Positions 1 through 9,955 are shown, counted from the first letter of the stretch. The stretch is 61,620 bases of DNA from Candidatus Rifleibacteriota bacterium (GCA_051747585.1 JBNJGH010000006.1:1-61620), one strand, 5' to 3'. Notes: generated by a model not told the origin, from the letters alone. Numbers and translations: made by a program.

Positions 1-262
1 TTGTGTCATTTGAAAGTGTCTCGGATAAAGCAGCAAGAGTAGTTGGATTAATCTGGTCGTATCTGGCAGAACTGACCCATTCTATTGCTTCGTTAGCCAA
101 TTCGACCGCTCTTAAATAATTTATCGCCCTGGTGGTATCACCTCTGGCAGAAGTAACCATATAAATAATCGGCACCGCGCAAGCTGAAATAATAAGAATT
201 GCAATCAGCACCTCAACAAAACCAAAACCACCATTTGTTGTATTAAATCGATAAAAGCTCAC
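1..262 (-). CDS. Type IV pilin/pseudopilin-like protein with prepilin N-terminal methylation motif (3' end runs off window)
   Basis: Not in ORF track. Manual translation from GTG at 262 (GTGA overlap with the stop of the upstream ORF): MSFYRFNTTNGG|FGFVEVLIAILIISACAVPIIYMV..., i.e. G|F-x-x-x-E plus a hydrophobic helix. Frame is open to base 1. Confidence 0.8.
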   Translation of the reverse strand, partial: MSFYRFNTTNGGFGFVEVLIAILIISACAVPIIYMVTSARGDTTRAINYLRAVELANEAIEWVSSARYDQINPTTLAALSETLSNDT

Positions 263-564
263 TCTATTATTTTACCTTTATTTTTGAACTCGGTGTTTTC
301 ACGTTGAAAGTCTTCGGGCATATCTGCGGCAAACAAATGAGAAGGGCGTTTAGAATATTTTATTTTAACTTTCTTACCATGAATTTGTATATTATCTCTT
401 TTAAATACTTGGGCTTCTTTTGCCGACTCTGTATCAGTTTGCTGTATGGATTGTGAGCTATTTTTAACTTCTTCTTCATAACCGCTGAATCTCTGAAGCA
501 ACGAGAGTGTCAGTATCATAAAAAAAACAACGGAAAAAACAACCAGCCATCTTGCACTATCCAT
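259..564 (-). CDS. Hypothetical single-pass membrane protein (101 aa)
   Basis: N-terminal hydrophobic helix; overlaps both neighbours as in a coupled operon. Confidence 0.65.
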   Translation of the reverse strand: MDSARWLVVFSVVFFMILTLSLLQRFSGYEEEVKNSSQSIQQTDTESAKEAQVFKRDNIQIHGKKVKIKYSKRPSHLFAADMPEDFQRENTEFKNKGKIIE

Positions 565-2969
565 TAGAAGGTTTTACCTCCCGCATTAATGCTGAATATC
601 GTCTTAACCGGCCCAATACTAACGTGATAGGGGTCAAGTTTATTTGTTCCCACCGTAGCGGCCGGGTCATAAATTACCGGATCGTGCATGATGGTGAGTT
701 TTCCCCCATCTACAAGACCGGAACCATCAGAAGATTCAGTATAAATATAATCTACCAGTAAGTTGCCATAAATTGTAACTTCATGCCTGCCGTTTATAAT
801 AAGGCTTCCCTGTTGCAATGGGTCGGCAGAACCAAATGGATAATATAATGCAGCCAGTGAAGCTTCTATATATATGTCGTTCGCAGCAGACTTGATTATA
901 AAATCGCCCTGTCGCAAATAAAATCTAATCGAGTCTTCATCTCTGTCTTTAATTCTTTTGAAATTTCCCAGCAGGCAATTGCCTTTTCCCAGATAAATCA
1001 TACCTTTGCCATAAAATTCTTCGACAGTTGAAAGATCCAGATCACCCTCTTCAATGTACATAACCCCATCGACAAAAAGAGTGTTTGTACCATCAACATC
1101 TCGGACTCTTTCAGCAACAAAAGCAGCTGTATTTGGATAATTCCAGCTGACAGTTTTAAAGTCGATTCTTCGACCAAATTTTATTCCAGAAACATTATAA
1201 CCCGATGGTTGTAGAGGATTGGAAAAGTTTGGATAACCGATAGTGCTGTAGGGGTTTAAAGTGGCCTCATTGCCATCTCCGTCAATATAGCTGATTGTCG
1301 AACCCATGAGGCTATTAATTGGAAACGAAGCAACATCGCGACTCATAAGATAGTCTTCTTCTAAAACTCCCAAAGTAGGCAAAGCATTTCCCAATCTAGC
1401 ATTTAAAAAGGTTTCCGGTGTTTTATCGTAGCGATAAAAATTTAACGGCACAGGTTCGGGTTCCAGATCTTTTTCCTGACTGCCAAAAGTTATTGTTTTG
1501 CTGAAGGTGTCGAAATATGCGAGTTTGAAATATCTGAGCATAACCGGCCCTTCGACCAGAACTTTTTTATCGAAGTTTACACCCCATAGCTGAGCCATTT
1601 TTCCTACTCTTATTCTTTCGGGGTTGTAATATTCTTCGCTGCCATCAACAACTTTTTTATCGAGAAATTCTGCAAAAAATGGACCTTTTTTTCTGTATTG
1701 GGTAGTTGTCGAGGCCAGGCCTCCATAAGCAAGGGCATTTACCCAGGCTCTCGGAGACGGGAGTTGAGGTCTGACGGCGTCATCAACGTTCCAGATAGAG
1801 GCTGCATCTGTATAGCCATAAACATAAGGCCATTCAAGAATACAGGTGGTTAAAATCTGATCGAAACCGTTGCAGGCCGAATAATCGCCACCGCCGGCAC
1901 TGGAATAGTTATTAACAAAATCTTCACAAATTTTATAAGCTGCAGCATTGGGATTTGCTGAACCCATTGCACCTGCACATTTATCTTTAAGGTCAGAGCC
2001 AGTTTCAAAAGGAGTAACTGTACCCAAACAACCATTGGCTGCTTCATTCACATAGGTCTCATAAACATCTATGACTGTTTGAACCTTGTAGAACTGTTCT
2101 TTTTGAGGTCCAACAATGTCTTTAAAAGGCGTTTTGTGTTCACTGAGCAAGCACGCAGGCGCATTTTCAAAATGGTCATTACTGAATCCGGAAAACCCGG
2201 TTAAGCCAACGAAACCGGATAATTGCAAAGTTTCGGAATTAAATGCATCCAGCCAGAAATATTTTTTGGGGTCTGCGCAGTCAGGATAATTAAAATTCCC
2301 CAGATAAATGTGTGACAAATGAGGCTCAGAATCCGGGATTCCCTCTACGATAATTCTTCTGTTCGGGTTATTGTAATCAGGGCTGTATTGCTTTACAAAA
2401 AGCGCATACTGATCAAAACGGTGACGTAGATCTACCATCCTTACATCACATCTTTCATGAATCTCTATCATATTGGCCTCTTTGCCTTCACGATATGCCT
2501 GGGAATAAACATCGAGATAAGCGTTATATGCCTGCACGGAATTTGCAGTTGCTTCACGGTATGATGTAAGAATTGCCTTGCTTTTTATTTTAAGCTTATA
2601 ACCAATATTTTCAGCCATTTCCAGCGTTTTTTCCGGAACAACCACATTGGTAAAAAGAACTACTCTTTCGTTCAATGAAGCATCCAGCTCATCAAAATCA
2701 GGAAAAACCGCTCTAAACCTTTTAAATATTTCACTGCTGCTATCCTGATTAACACTGCTGCGAATCATTGCAATTACCTCTGCATTAGCCGATTGCGCAA
2801 GCAAAGTCAATCTATTCTGATCGACGTTTTTTGCAAGCTGCACAACTGCACCGCTCTTAAGGGTGTTTAAGGCAAATGCCATAACAGCAAGCAATAAAAG
2901 CACAACAATAATTATATAAAGAAGAAACCCCTTTCGGGATGATTTCTTCTCGGGCAAATAACTCTTCAT
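564..2969 (-). CDS. Large PilX/GspK-like minor pilin / adhesin-like protein (801 aa)
   Basis: N-terminus KKSSRKG|FLLYIIIVVLLLLAVMAFAL is a class III signal-like sequence without Glu5. C-terminus has beta-rich 'GVMYIEEGDL...GKGMIYLGKGN...IYGNLLV' segments. Lies next to the pilin-like gene. Confidence 0.6.
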   Translation of the reverse strand: MKSYLPEKKSSRKGFLLYIIIVVLLLLAVMAFALNTLKSGAVVQLAKNVDQNRLTLLAQSANAEVIAMIRSSVNQDSSSEIFKRFRAVFPDFDELDASLNERVVLFTNVVVPEKTLEMAENIGYKLKIKSKAILTSYREATANSVQAYNAYLDVYSQAYREGKEANMIEIHERCDVRMVDLRHRFDQYALFVKQYSPDYNNPNRRIIVEGIPDSEPHLSHIYLGNFNYPDCADPKKYFWLDAFNSETLQLSGFVGLTGFSGFSNDHFENAPACLLSEHKTPFKDIVGPQKEQFYKVQTVIDVYETYVNEAANGCLGTVTPFETGSDLKDKCAGAMGSANPNAAAYKICEDFVNNYSSAGGGDYSACNGFDQILTTCILEWPYVYGYTDAASIWNVDDAVRPQLPSPRAWVNALAYGGLASTTTQYRKKGPFFAEFLDKKVVDGSEEYYNPERIRVGKMAQLWGVNFDKKVLVEGPVMLRYFKLAYFDTFSKTITFGSQEKDLEPEPVPLNFYRYDKTPETFLNARLGNALPTLGVLEEDYLMSRDVASFPINSLMGSTISYIDGDGNEATLNPYSTIGYPNFSNPLQPSGYNVSGIKFGRRIDFKTVSWNYPNTAAFVAERVRDVDGTNTLFVDGVMYIEEGDLDLSTVEEFYGKGMIYLGKGNCLLGNFKRIKDRDEDSIRFYLRQGDFIIKSAANDIYIEASLAALYYPFGSADPLQQGSLIINGRHEVTIYGNLLVDYIYTESSDGSGLVDGGKLTIMHDPVIYDPAATVGTNKLDPYHVSIGPVKTIFSINAGGKTF

Positions 2970-3024
2970 ATTTAACTATATTATATCAAAATTAAAACTT
3001 TGGAAAGGTGTGTTCTTTAGCCTC

Positions 3025-3237
3025 AGTAATTATTCATTTGTTTGTAGAAAGCGTTTTTAAGACATTTAGACTGCTTCACTTCGACACTTCGACTTCGCTC
3101 AGCACGAGCTCCGCTCAGGGGGTCATTGCGAGGAGCGCAGCGACGAAGCAATCTTTGATATGCTAAATTTTTAGTATATAAAAAAAGATACAAAAAAAGT
3201 CTTGAAACTCGCTAATATTGCTGAATGGATAATTACT
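3025..3237. mobile_element. MITE-like palindromic element, copy A (reverse orientation relative to B-D)
   Basis: Terminal IRs AGTAATTATTCATT / AATGGATAATTACT (13/14 match). Inner IR AAGAC...GTCTT. Internal GTCATTGCGAGGAGCGCAGCGACGAAGCAATCT and CTTCGACTTCGCTCAG motifs. Aligns by eye to 9632, 29170 and 38723. Confidence 0.75.
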
Positions 3238-3301
3238 ACTCTTTGTGGCTTTGAGGCTTGGTGTGAGGCATCTTGATTAGACTGCGGATTTTGACGAAAA
3301 T

Positions 3302-3400
3302 TCGGTACCGCTATCGACATCGCTTCTCGGTATCGTAATTTTGAGAACCAATCCGGGGTAATTGGAAAAGCGATTCCCGATTCCGACCCCGATACCCGAT
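3302..3400. repeat. Degenerate inverted array of 6-7 nt units (TCGGTA-like ... CGATAC-like)
   Basis: Left arm tcggtaccgctatcgacatcgcttctcggtatcg; right arm cgattcccgattccgaccccgatacccgat. Confidence 0.5.
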
Positions 3401-3494
3401 TTTTTTTAATGCGCTTGCCTGGAATAAGAATTGTAAAGTAGTTAAAAAGCAGTTCATGTGTTAGAATAAAGATGAGATAAATTGGGGTGATGAT

Positions 3495-4880
3495 ATGTTT
3501 AAGAAAAGAATTTTGTTAAGAATTTCTCTGTTAATTTTTTGTTTACATTTTTTTACAAATTTAAGCTTTGCACAAATTCAGAACGTCGCAGAAAAGCCTG
3601 TAGTAATAGTTTTTCAGGCACAACGTAACGGCGATTTTCTAGCTGAACCCGGCAACATTCCGGTGGAGTTTCTGCGTAGAGTCGGAAGAGCTATTAACAA
3701 GAATTGGCCTTCAGACAAAAATGTTTTAAAAGCCGCTTCTGTCTTTGATGCAAACAAACTGGGAGATGACGATCTTTTAAAACCGGTCAGATTTTCTTTA
3801 TTAACTGAAAAGCAGCAAAAAGAATATGAGCGTTTATTTAACCGCTATGCCTCAGATGCTGATGAATTATTAAACGACATAGAACCGGGTAAAGAAAGCA
3901 TTTTTATAAGATTTGCCGGAGAAACCGGCGTCTTATCGAAAATATTTGAAAAATTTCTTCAAAATGAAAAGTTTGCCAGCAGCTTAAAGCAAAGACAAAA
4001 GTTCAAATTAGAGCACCAGATCATACCTTTTTTGCAGGCTGCCGATTATGTTACGGGAGCCATGGTTCTTTCTTTGTCAGGACTTGAATTCAGATTAAGA
4101 GCTCACAGTATTGAAGGGAATCTCGCTAGCTCACAAAACAAACACCAGCTTAGCATCGGCAATTTTATAAACCCTGAGTCTTTAATGGCATTTGCTCAGA
4201 TTCACCCGATAGAAAATCCCGAAGAAATAATCAGACAACTAAATGCCATGCCGCAAAGTGCTGCGTTGGTTAAAACAATTGCATCCGCCGGCCTGGATAT
4301 GAAAAAAGATTTGATCAGTAACAGCGCACGAGAAAGTATTTTTTATCTTAACCTGAACCCTACCGGCGAAAATGGAATCCCGGATGCAAGATTTGTCGCT
4401 CCTGTTCCTGATATAAGCAAATTAAAGACTAATCTGGACAAACTGCAAAATCTTTGTTCACAAGTTGGTGTTTTTGTAAAACAATTTGAAGGCAAAAAAC
4501 CAACAATCCGCTTAAGCTATTTTATGTTTCCCCAATATGGAATTTTTGCCGGACTCGAAGATAATTTTCTTGTTCTAGCAACCTCAAAAGAAAATCTTTT
4601 GCAGGAAATGAGTTTTATTGCTAAAGTTAAAGCTGGCAAAAAAGAGGGCGAACAAATTCAACAAAACCTCAAAAGTTACTGGCGAATAGGGTTTGAAGAT
4701 TTTAATTTACAACTGCAAAAATTTCTTCAATCACCTGTTATGGTTAATCAGGGTGTGCCACCGATACCGAACTTAACTTTTTTAAAAGATTTAAAGGATC
4801 TTAAGATACTAACCAAACTTAGCCCTGAAAAACTTGACTTTACAATTATTTTGCCTATAAAAGAGAAAAGTTATAACTGA
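3495..4880 (+). CDS. Hypothetical exported protein (461 aa)
   Basis: Sec-type signal peptide (...TNLSFA|Q); RBS GGGGTG; no recognised domain. Confidence 0.7.
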   Translation: MFKKRILLRISLLIFCLHFFTNLSFAQIQNVAEKPVVIVFQAQRNGDFLAEPGNIPVEFLRRVGRAINKNWPSDKNVLKAASVFDANKLGDDDLLKPVRFSLLTEKQQKEYERLFNRYASDADELLNDIEPGKESIFIRFAGETGVLSKIFEKFLQNEKFASSLKQRQKFKLEHQIIPFLQAADYVTGAMVLSLSGLEFRLRAHSIEGNLASSQNKHQLSIGNFINPESLMAFAQIHPIENPEEIIRQLNAMPQSAALVKTIASAGLDMKKDLISNSARESIFYLNLNPTGENGIPDARFVAPVPDISKLKTNLDKLQNLCSQVGVFVKQFEGKKPTIRLSYFMFPQYGIFAGLEDNFLVLATSKENLLQEMSFIAKVKAGKKEGEQIQQNLKSYWRIGFEDFNLQLQKFLQSPVMVNQGVPPIPNLTFLKDLKDLKILTKLSPEKLDFTIILPIKEKSYN

Positions 4881-4948
4881 GTAGATAAACAAATTTGTTT
4901 TGTGGTATACATAACTGAAAGCCTTTTGATGTAGGGAGAAAAACGAAA

Positions 4949-5914
4949 ATGAACCGCATATTGAAACATTTTTTTATTCCTTTATTTATTTGTACCACTC
5001 TCTTTTCAGTGGGCTGCGGTGATTCCCCCGAAAAAACCGATAAAAAAATTAAAGAGCAGCCCAAAAATATAAAAACTGAAGCAAAAGATACGGAAAAGTC
5101 TGCCTCTCCTTATAGTCAACAGGTTTTAAAACTAGGACGAATCCCTTTTACAAATTCTTCTTCAATGGTGCGAAAGCACAACAGGTTCCTTGATTATCTT
5201 ACTGAAGAACTTGGAGTAAAACAGGTCAGACTACAAACCGCCCCTGATTACAACAGCGTTCTGGAAATGTTAATCAAAGGAAAAATTGATATCGCATGGC
5301 TGGCAAGTAATATTTCAATTGAAGCCCGTAACAGCCCTGAAGTTGAATTACTGGTAAAGCCGATCAGATTTGGTTCTGACTCTTATCGCGGTATTATTAT
5401 TACCAGGCAAGATAGTGGAATCAGAAGATTAAACGATCTCAAAGGTAAAAAGTTTGCATGGGTAGAAAAAGAGTCTGCATCCGGCTATATTTTTCCAAAA
5501 GCTTTACTACTTGAGGCCGGTATCAATCCCGGCAAGGATTTTGCAGAAGCAAGCTTTCTGGGCAAGCACGATGCAGTCGTATTGAATGTTTTACTTGGCA
5601 AATATGATGCGGGCGCATGCTATGACGATGCTAGAAACACCTTACGCGACAAGGAAAAAATGGATGAGCTTACAATTCTTGCAACTACCCCGGATATCTC
5701 TAACGAGCCTATTGTTTGCCGCAAAAATCTGCCTCAAGACCTTATTGAAAAGATAAAAAAAGCTTTTCTCGATCTTAATGAGAAGACTCCTGAAAACCGA
5801 GAAGTGTTAGAAAATTTAACCGATGTTGAAGGTTTTGTGCCGGCCGAGTATGAAGACTACAATTACATCGAAAAAGTGCAAAAACTTTTAAAAGAATATA
5901 ACGAAGGAAAGTAA
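4949..5914 (+). CDS. PhnD/SsuA-family (phosphate/phosphite/phosphonate) substrate-binding lipoprotein
   Basis: Lipobox SVG|C; motifs YRGIIITR, DLKGKKFAW, SASGYIFP, GKHDAVV...GKYDAGA. Confidence 0.85.
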   Translation: MNRILKHFFIPLFICTTLFSVGCGDSPEKTDKKIKEQPKNIKTEAKDTEKSASPYSQQVLKLGRIPFTNSSSMVRKHNRFLDYLTEELGVKQVRLQTAPDYNSVLEMLIKGKIDIAWLASNISIEARNSPEVELLVKPIRFGSDSYRGIIITRQDSGIRRLNDLKGKKFAWVEKESASGYIFPKALLLEAGINPGKDFAEASFLGKHDAVVLNVLLGKYDAGACYDDARNTLRDKEKMDELTILATTPDISNEPIVCRKNLPQDLIEKIKKAFLDLNEKTPENREVLENLTDVEGFVPAEYEDYNYIEKVQKLLKEYNEGK

Positions 5915-5926
5915 TAACTTTTATCA

Positions 5927-7729
5927 GTGGAAAGTAAAGCTCCTCAAACAAAATTTTCTTTAAAAATTAAATTTATAATTGGTATTGCTCTGCTGGTTGG
6001 CCTCATAATTGCCTTGACCTCGATAAATACCTCTCTTAGAGAAGAGATCCTGCTATCTTCGAGTATGGATCAGTCGGGTCTTTTGTTATCTTCTACCCTT
6101 GCAATAGCCTGCCAGGATCCAATAATAAGTCAGTCTTACGATTCCCTGATCCCTTATACAGAACGTTTGATAAGCGGTGGACAAGACGTCTATGAAATTT
6201 CCATACTTGATATTGATGGCAAATATCTTGCGCACAGAATCAGGGGAGATTTAGAATCTAAGCTGGGGCAAACTATTTCTGAATCCATGCAGGGAAAAAT
6301 TGAAGACATAGAAATCCCGACAAAATTACCGGCCAACGATCCTAATTATGTCGATTATGTTGCTCCAATCAAAGTAGGAACTTCCAAATTCGGAACCGTA
6401 ATATTAAGATTCAGTTTTACCCGACTTTCTGAAGCTAAAGCAACCAGCCGTAAAAGAATATGTCTAATTGCGATGGTAGCTTTGCTGGCGGGTATAGTTT
6501 TATCAATAGTACTTGCCAAATTTATTACCAAGGGTCTCGATAACCTGATCAAGGGAACTCAGGTAATTGAAAAAGGTGATCTAAGCTATCGCATAAAGGT
6601 TAAGTCAAATGATGAGATTGGCACCCTGGCTTACAGGTTCAACAAAATGCTTGATGCTCTTGAAGCCAACAACAGATCTCTAGACAGAAAAATCTTTGAA
6701 ATTGAAACATTGTTTAAAGCCAGTCAGGCAATGAATTTTCAGAGTGATACCGACAAGCTCATCCGCCAGATACTTGAAATGGCCGGAAAAGCTATTAAAG
6801 CTGAGCGCTGTTCTATTATGCTGCAAACAAACACGGGATCAGACGAACTGCAGACTCGCATTGTTTTTGGGATCAACGATAAAAAAGGTGCTGAAAACAT
6901 CGAGTCAAATGTTAGAATCAAAGCTGGTGAAGGCGTTGCAGGGACAGTTTTAAAAACCGGTACCAGCATGATTGTGAACGATGGTTACAAAGATCCATTG
7001 TTCAAGAGCTTTGACTCAACAGCCGATATGGAAAAAACAATACGCAACCTGATTTCTGTTCCTCTTAAAATCAAAGATAGAGTTACCGGAGTAATAAACG
7101 GGACAAACAAAATAGAACAAGATAGTTTTAGCGAAGAAGACCAACGCCTTCTTGAAGCACTGGCTCAACAGGCAGCAATGGCTGTTGAACATGCACGCCT
7201 TTATGAACTTGCTATTACCGACGGTTTAACCAGACTTTTCATACATCGTTACTTCCAGGCAAGACTTGAAGAAGAAATCGTTCGCGCCAAACGTTATCAC
7301 ACGGCTTGTTCGCTTATTCTTTTCGACATTGACCATTTCAAGATATTTAATGACACCTACGGTCATCAGCAAGGCGACATTGTTTTGATAGAAGTTGCCA
7401 AACTTATGAAATTAACCGTACGCGACACAATAGATATTCCAGCCAGATATGGCGGAGAAGAGTTTGTTATAATTTTACCTGAAACAGATGCCAAAGGTGC
7501 GCTTTTAGTAGCCGAAAGACTCAGAAAAACCATAGAAGCTTTTGACTTCCCGGGGCAAGAGCAAGCTTTGAAGGTTACCGTTTCTCTCGGTGTTGCCACC
7601 TTCCCTGATCATGCCAGCACTAAGAGTGTTCTAGTCAAAAAGGCAGATCTCGCCTTATATGAATGCAAAAATCGTGGAAGAAACTGCTCTTTTATTTATA
7701 ATGACAGCATCGTTGCAGAAGAAGATTAA
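5927..7729 (+). CDS. Membrane diguanylate cyclase (periplasmic sensor-HAMP-GAF-GGDEF)
   Basis: Two TM helices, HAMP (SNDEIGTLAYRFNKM), GAF (GEGVAG...VPLK...GVIN), TDGLT, DIDHFK.FND.YGH, RYGGEEF. Confidence 0.93.
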   Translation: MESKAPQTKFSLKIKFIIGIALLVGLIIALTSINTSLREEILLSSSMDQSGLLLSSTLAIACQDPIISQSYDSLIPYTERLISGGQDVYEISILDIDGKYLAHRIRGDLESKLGQTISESMQGKIEDIEIPTKLPANDPNYVDYVAPIKVGTSKFGTVILRFSFTRLSEAKATSRKRICLIAMVALLAGIVLSIVLAKFITKGLDNLIKGTQVIEKGDLSYRIKVKSNDEIGTLAYRFNKMLDALEANNRSLDRKIFEIETLFKASQAMNFQSDTDKLIRQILEMAGKAIKAERCSIMLQTNTGSDELQTRIVFGINDKKGAENIESNVRIKAGEGVAGTVLKTGTSMIVNDGYKDPLFKSFDSTADMEKTIRNLISVPLKIKDRVTGVINGTNKIEQDSFSEEDQRLLEALAQQAAMAVEHARLYELAITDGLTRLFIHRYFQARLEEEIVRAKRYHTACSLILFDIDHFKIFNDTYGHQQGDIVLIEVAKLMKLTVRDTIDIPARYGGEEFVIILPETDAKGALLVAERLRKTIEAFDFPGQEQALKVTVSLGVATFPDHASTKSVLVKKADLALYECKNRGRNCSFIYNDSIVAEED

Positions 7730-8828
7730 ACAAACACAAAAGGTTTCTGAGGAACACTTAAAAAGCTGGCTGGACTCGCCTTCAGCTCATTTCGATAATT
7801 TCTTTCAATCGCCCCACCCGGAAAATCCCCTTAAAAATCTCATTAAGCCTGTATGTATTGGCAATGTAAAGTTGCCGAATAATTTAATTCTGGCTCCAAT
7901 GGCAGGGGTGACCAATGGAGCTTTTCGCTTACTATGTTCACGGCTGGGCGCTGGATTTACCCTATCCGAGCTTGCCAGCTCAAAAGCTATAATAATGAAA
8001 AATCGGCAAACTATTGAAATGTTAAAATTTCAGGGCCAGTCTCGCCCTTATGCCGCCCAGATTTTCGGTGCAGATCCTGATGAAATGGCAAAAGCTGCAG
8101 AAATTATCGAAGCCGAAAAATTGTGTGACATTATTGATATTAATATGGGGTGCCCCGTGCCTAAAGTTGTTAAAACGGGTGCAGGCTCAGCCCTGATGAA
8201 AACACCGGAACTTGCGGGTAAAATTGTAGAAAAGGTTAAAGCTGCAGTTAAAATTCCGGTCACAATAAAATGCAGAACAGGATGGGACGAAAATAGTATA
8301 TGCGTAAAAGATTTCGCAAAAAGAATGCTCGATGCCGGAGCGCAAACAATAACGGTACATGCTCGAACCCGTCAGGCAGGATACTCGGGAACTGCTCAAT
8401 GGCATCACCTTGAAGGGCTTGGCGAAATTTGCGGATCGGTACCTTTTATTGCAAACGGTGATATTACAACCTGCTTTGATATAGAAAAGCTTCATGACTT
8501 AACCGGTTGCGATGGCTTTATGATCGGCAGAGGTTGTGTGGGATATCCTTGGCTGTTTACTGAAATGCTCGGTCATAACATCATTGATTCGCCCGAGATT
8601 AAATTTAAAATTTTCAAACACCATCTCATCGATATGATAATGGAATATGGACCTAAAGCAGTACCACTTTTCAGAACACACCTTTTTGGCTATTTAAAAA
8701 ATCATCCAAACGCTTCGAAGGCGCGAAGAATTTTATCCGAAGAGCGCGACCCACACCTTGTTCTTGCAATCGGAGAAGCTTTTTTTAAAGGAACAAGACT
8801 TCCGGCTATTGAAACAAAGGGTTCATAA
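7701..8828 (+). CDS. dusB: tRNA-dihydrouridine synthase B
   Basis: LAPMAGVT, QIFG, IDINMGCP, GAGSAL, TVHART, ANGDI, MIGRG. Start uncertain; ATG 7701 chosen. Confidence 0.9.
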   Translation: MTASLQKKIKQTQKVSEEHLKSWLDSPSAHFDNFFQSPHPENPLKNLIKPVCIGNVKLPNNLILAPMAGVTNGAFRLLCSRLGAGFTLSELASSKAIIMKNRQTIEMLKFQGQSRPYAAQIFGADPDEMAKAAEIIEAEKLCDIIDINMGCPVPKVVKTGAGSALMKTPELAGKIVEKVKAAVKIPVTIKCRTGWDENSICVKDFAKRMLDAGAQTITVHARTRQAGYSGTAQWHHLEGLGEICGSVPFIANGDITTCFDIEKLHDLTGCDGFMIGRGCVGYPWLFTEMLGHNIIDSPEIKFKIFKHHLIDMIMEYGPKAVPLFRTHLFGYLKNHPNASKARRILSEERDPHLVLAIGEAFFKGTRLPAIETKGS

Positions 8829-8846
8829 ATTGGCGATAAAGGCCGA

Positions 8847-8875
8847 TTGACTCAATATTCCTACAATGCTAAGAT
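8847..8875 (+). promoter_or_regulatory. Putative sigma70 promoter
   Basis: TTGACT-17 nt-TAAGAT with TG extension, upstream of 8908. Confidence 0.55.
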
Positions 8876-8907
8876 GTTGAGCAAATTGTTAATTAAGTGG
8901 AGAATAT

Positions 8908-9594
8908 ATGGCGTCAGAACTTGACAAAATTCAATTTCTCAGACAAGTTTCACTTTTCAGTAGCTTATCTGATAAAGCTCTGCTTGATTTGTCTGCCATA
9001 ACAATAGAACAGACAGTACCTGCGAAAACTACAGTTTTCAAAGAAGGCGACAAGGGTGACGCGCTGTATATTGTCAAGAGCGGCAAAATCAATATTCTCA
9101 AGCGCAACAGCGCCGGTGTAGATTCAGTTCTGGTTTCTCTCAGTAAAGGTGCTGTTATAGGCGATATGGCCATTATTGACGAACAACCCAGATCAGCATC
9201 GATAGCAACAGTACAGGAAACAACATTTTTAATTATAACCAAAGATGATTTTCGCCAACTTCTTGCAGATGTACCTGAAATTTCTTTTCAAATTCTAAAA
9301 TTAACAACCGGACGTTTACGTAAAACCAATGTCCACCTAAGGGAGCTGGAATCATCAACCAGCAAGATGGAAGACGTTATTAGAGTTATTACCAAAATTG
9401 CAAGAAAAAGTAACCTTCTTTCATTAAATGCATCAATTGAAGCCGCCAGGGTTGGTGAAGCGGGGCGTGCTTTTTCTGTAGTTGCCACCGAAATGAAAAA
9501 GCTTGCTGAAGATTCTGCTCAGGAAGCCAAAAAGATAGATTCGCTGCTTCAGGAACTTCAGACCAAAACAAAAGCCATTGCCGGTATGAAGTAA
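8908..9594 (+). CDS. Cyclic-nucleotide-binding domain fused to a short methyl-accepting chemotaxis (MCP) signalling tip
   Basis: cNMP domain [16 protein letters not shown]...[16 protein letters not shown]; MCP tip [33 protein letters not shown]; no TM segment. Confidence 0.85.
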   Translation: MASELDKIQFLRQVSLFSSLSDKALLDLSAITIEQTVPAKTTVFKEGDKGDALYIVKSGKINILKRNSAGVDSVLVSLSKGAVIGDMAIIDEQPRSASIATVQETTFLIITKDDFRQLLADVPEISFQILKLTTGRLRKTNVHLRELESSTSKMEDVIRVITKIARKSNLLSLNASIEAARVGEAGRAFSVVATEMKKLAEDSAQEAKKIDSLLQELQTKTKAIAGMK

Positions 9595-9631
9595 ACCAGT
9601 TTCCCCCATTTTTACATTCCAAAAACAAATT

Positions 9632-9873
9632 AGTTGTTATCCATTCAGCAATATTGGCGTGGTTCAAGACATTTATGTTTTTTTGTTATGTACTTAAAGG
9701 TTTAGCATATCAAAGATTACTTCGTCGTTCTGCTTCGCACAAGGCTACGCAGAATTTCTCGCAATGACAATTTGGGGCTGTCATTGCGAGCGAAGCGTTT
9801 GTGCTGAGCGGAATCGAAGTAAAGCAATCTAAATGTCTTGAAACCATTCTCTATAAACAAAAGGCTAATTGCT
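9632..9873. mobile_element. MITE-like palindromic element, copy B
   Basis: Matches the reverse complement of copy A (ttatccattcagcaatatt...ttcaagacattt...tttagcatatcaaagatt...ctcgcaatgac...gtcattgcgag...aagcaatctaaatgtcttgaaa). Confidence 0.75.
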
Positions 9874-9891
9874 GAAAAAAATTTACCAAGG

Positions 9892-9920
9892 TTGTAATTT
9901 CTCAAAAAAGAAGGTATTAT
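9892..9920 (+). promoter_or_regulatory. Putative sigma70 promoter of the hfq-like gene
   Basis: TTGTAA-17 nt-TATTAT. Confidence 0.45.
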
Positions 9921-9955
9921 AACAAAGACTTAGACCCTTAATGGGAGCAACAAAA

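Noticed and set aside
4949-5914. A phosphonate ABC transporter operon
   Set aside because: No permease or ATPase adjacent; the next gene is a diguanylate cyclase.
9717-9905. Short ORFs over the palindromic element (also 29295-29492 and 38567-38806)
   Set aside because: They are translations of the repeat (RHLDCF.STSLS, SLR...), so probably spurious.
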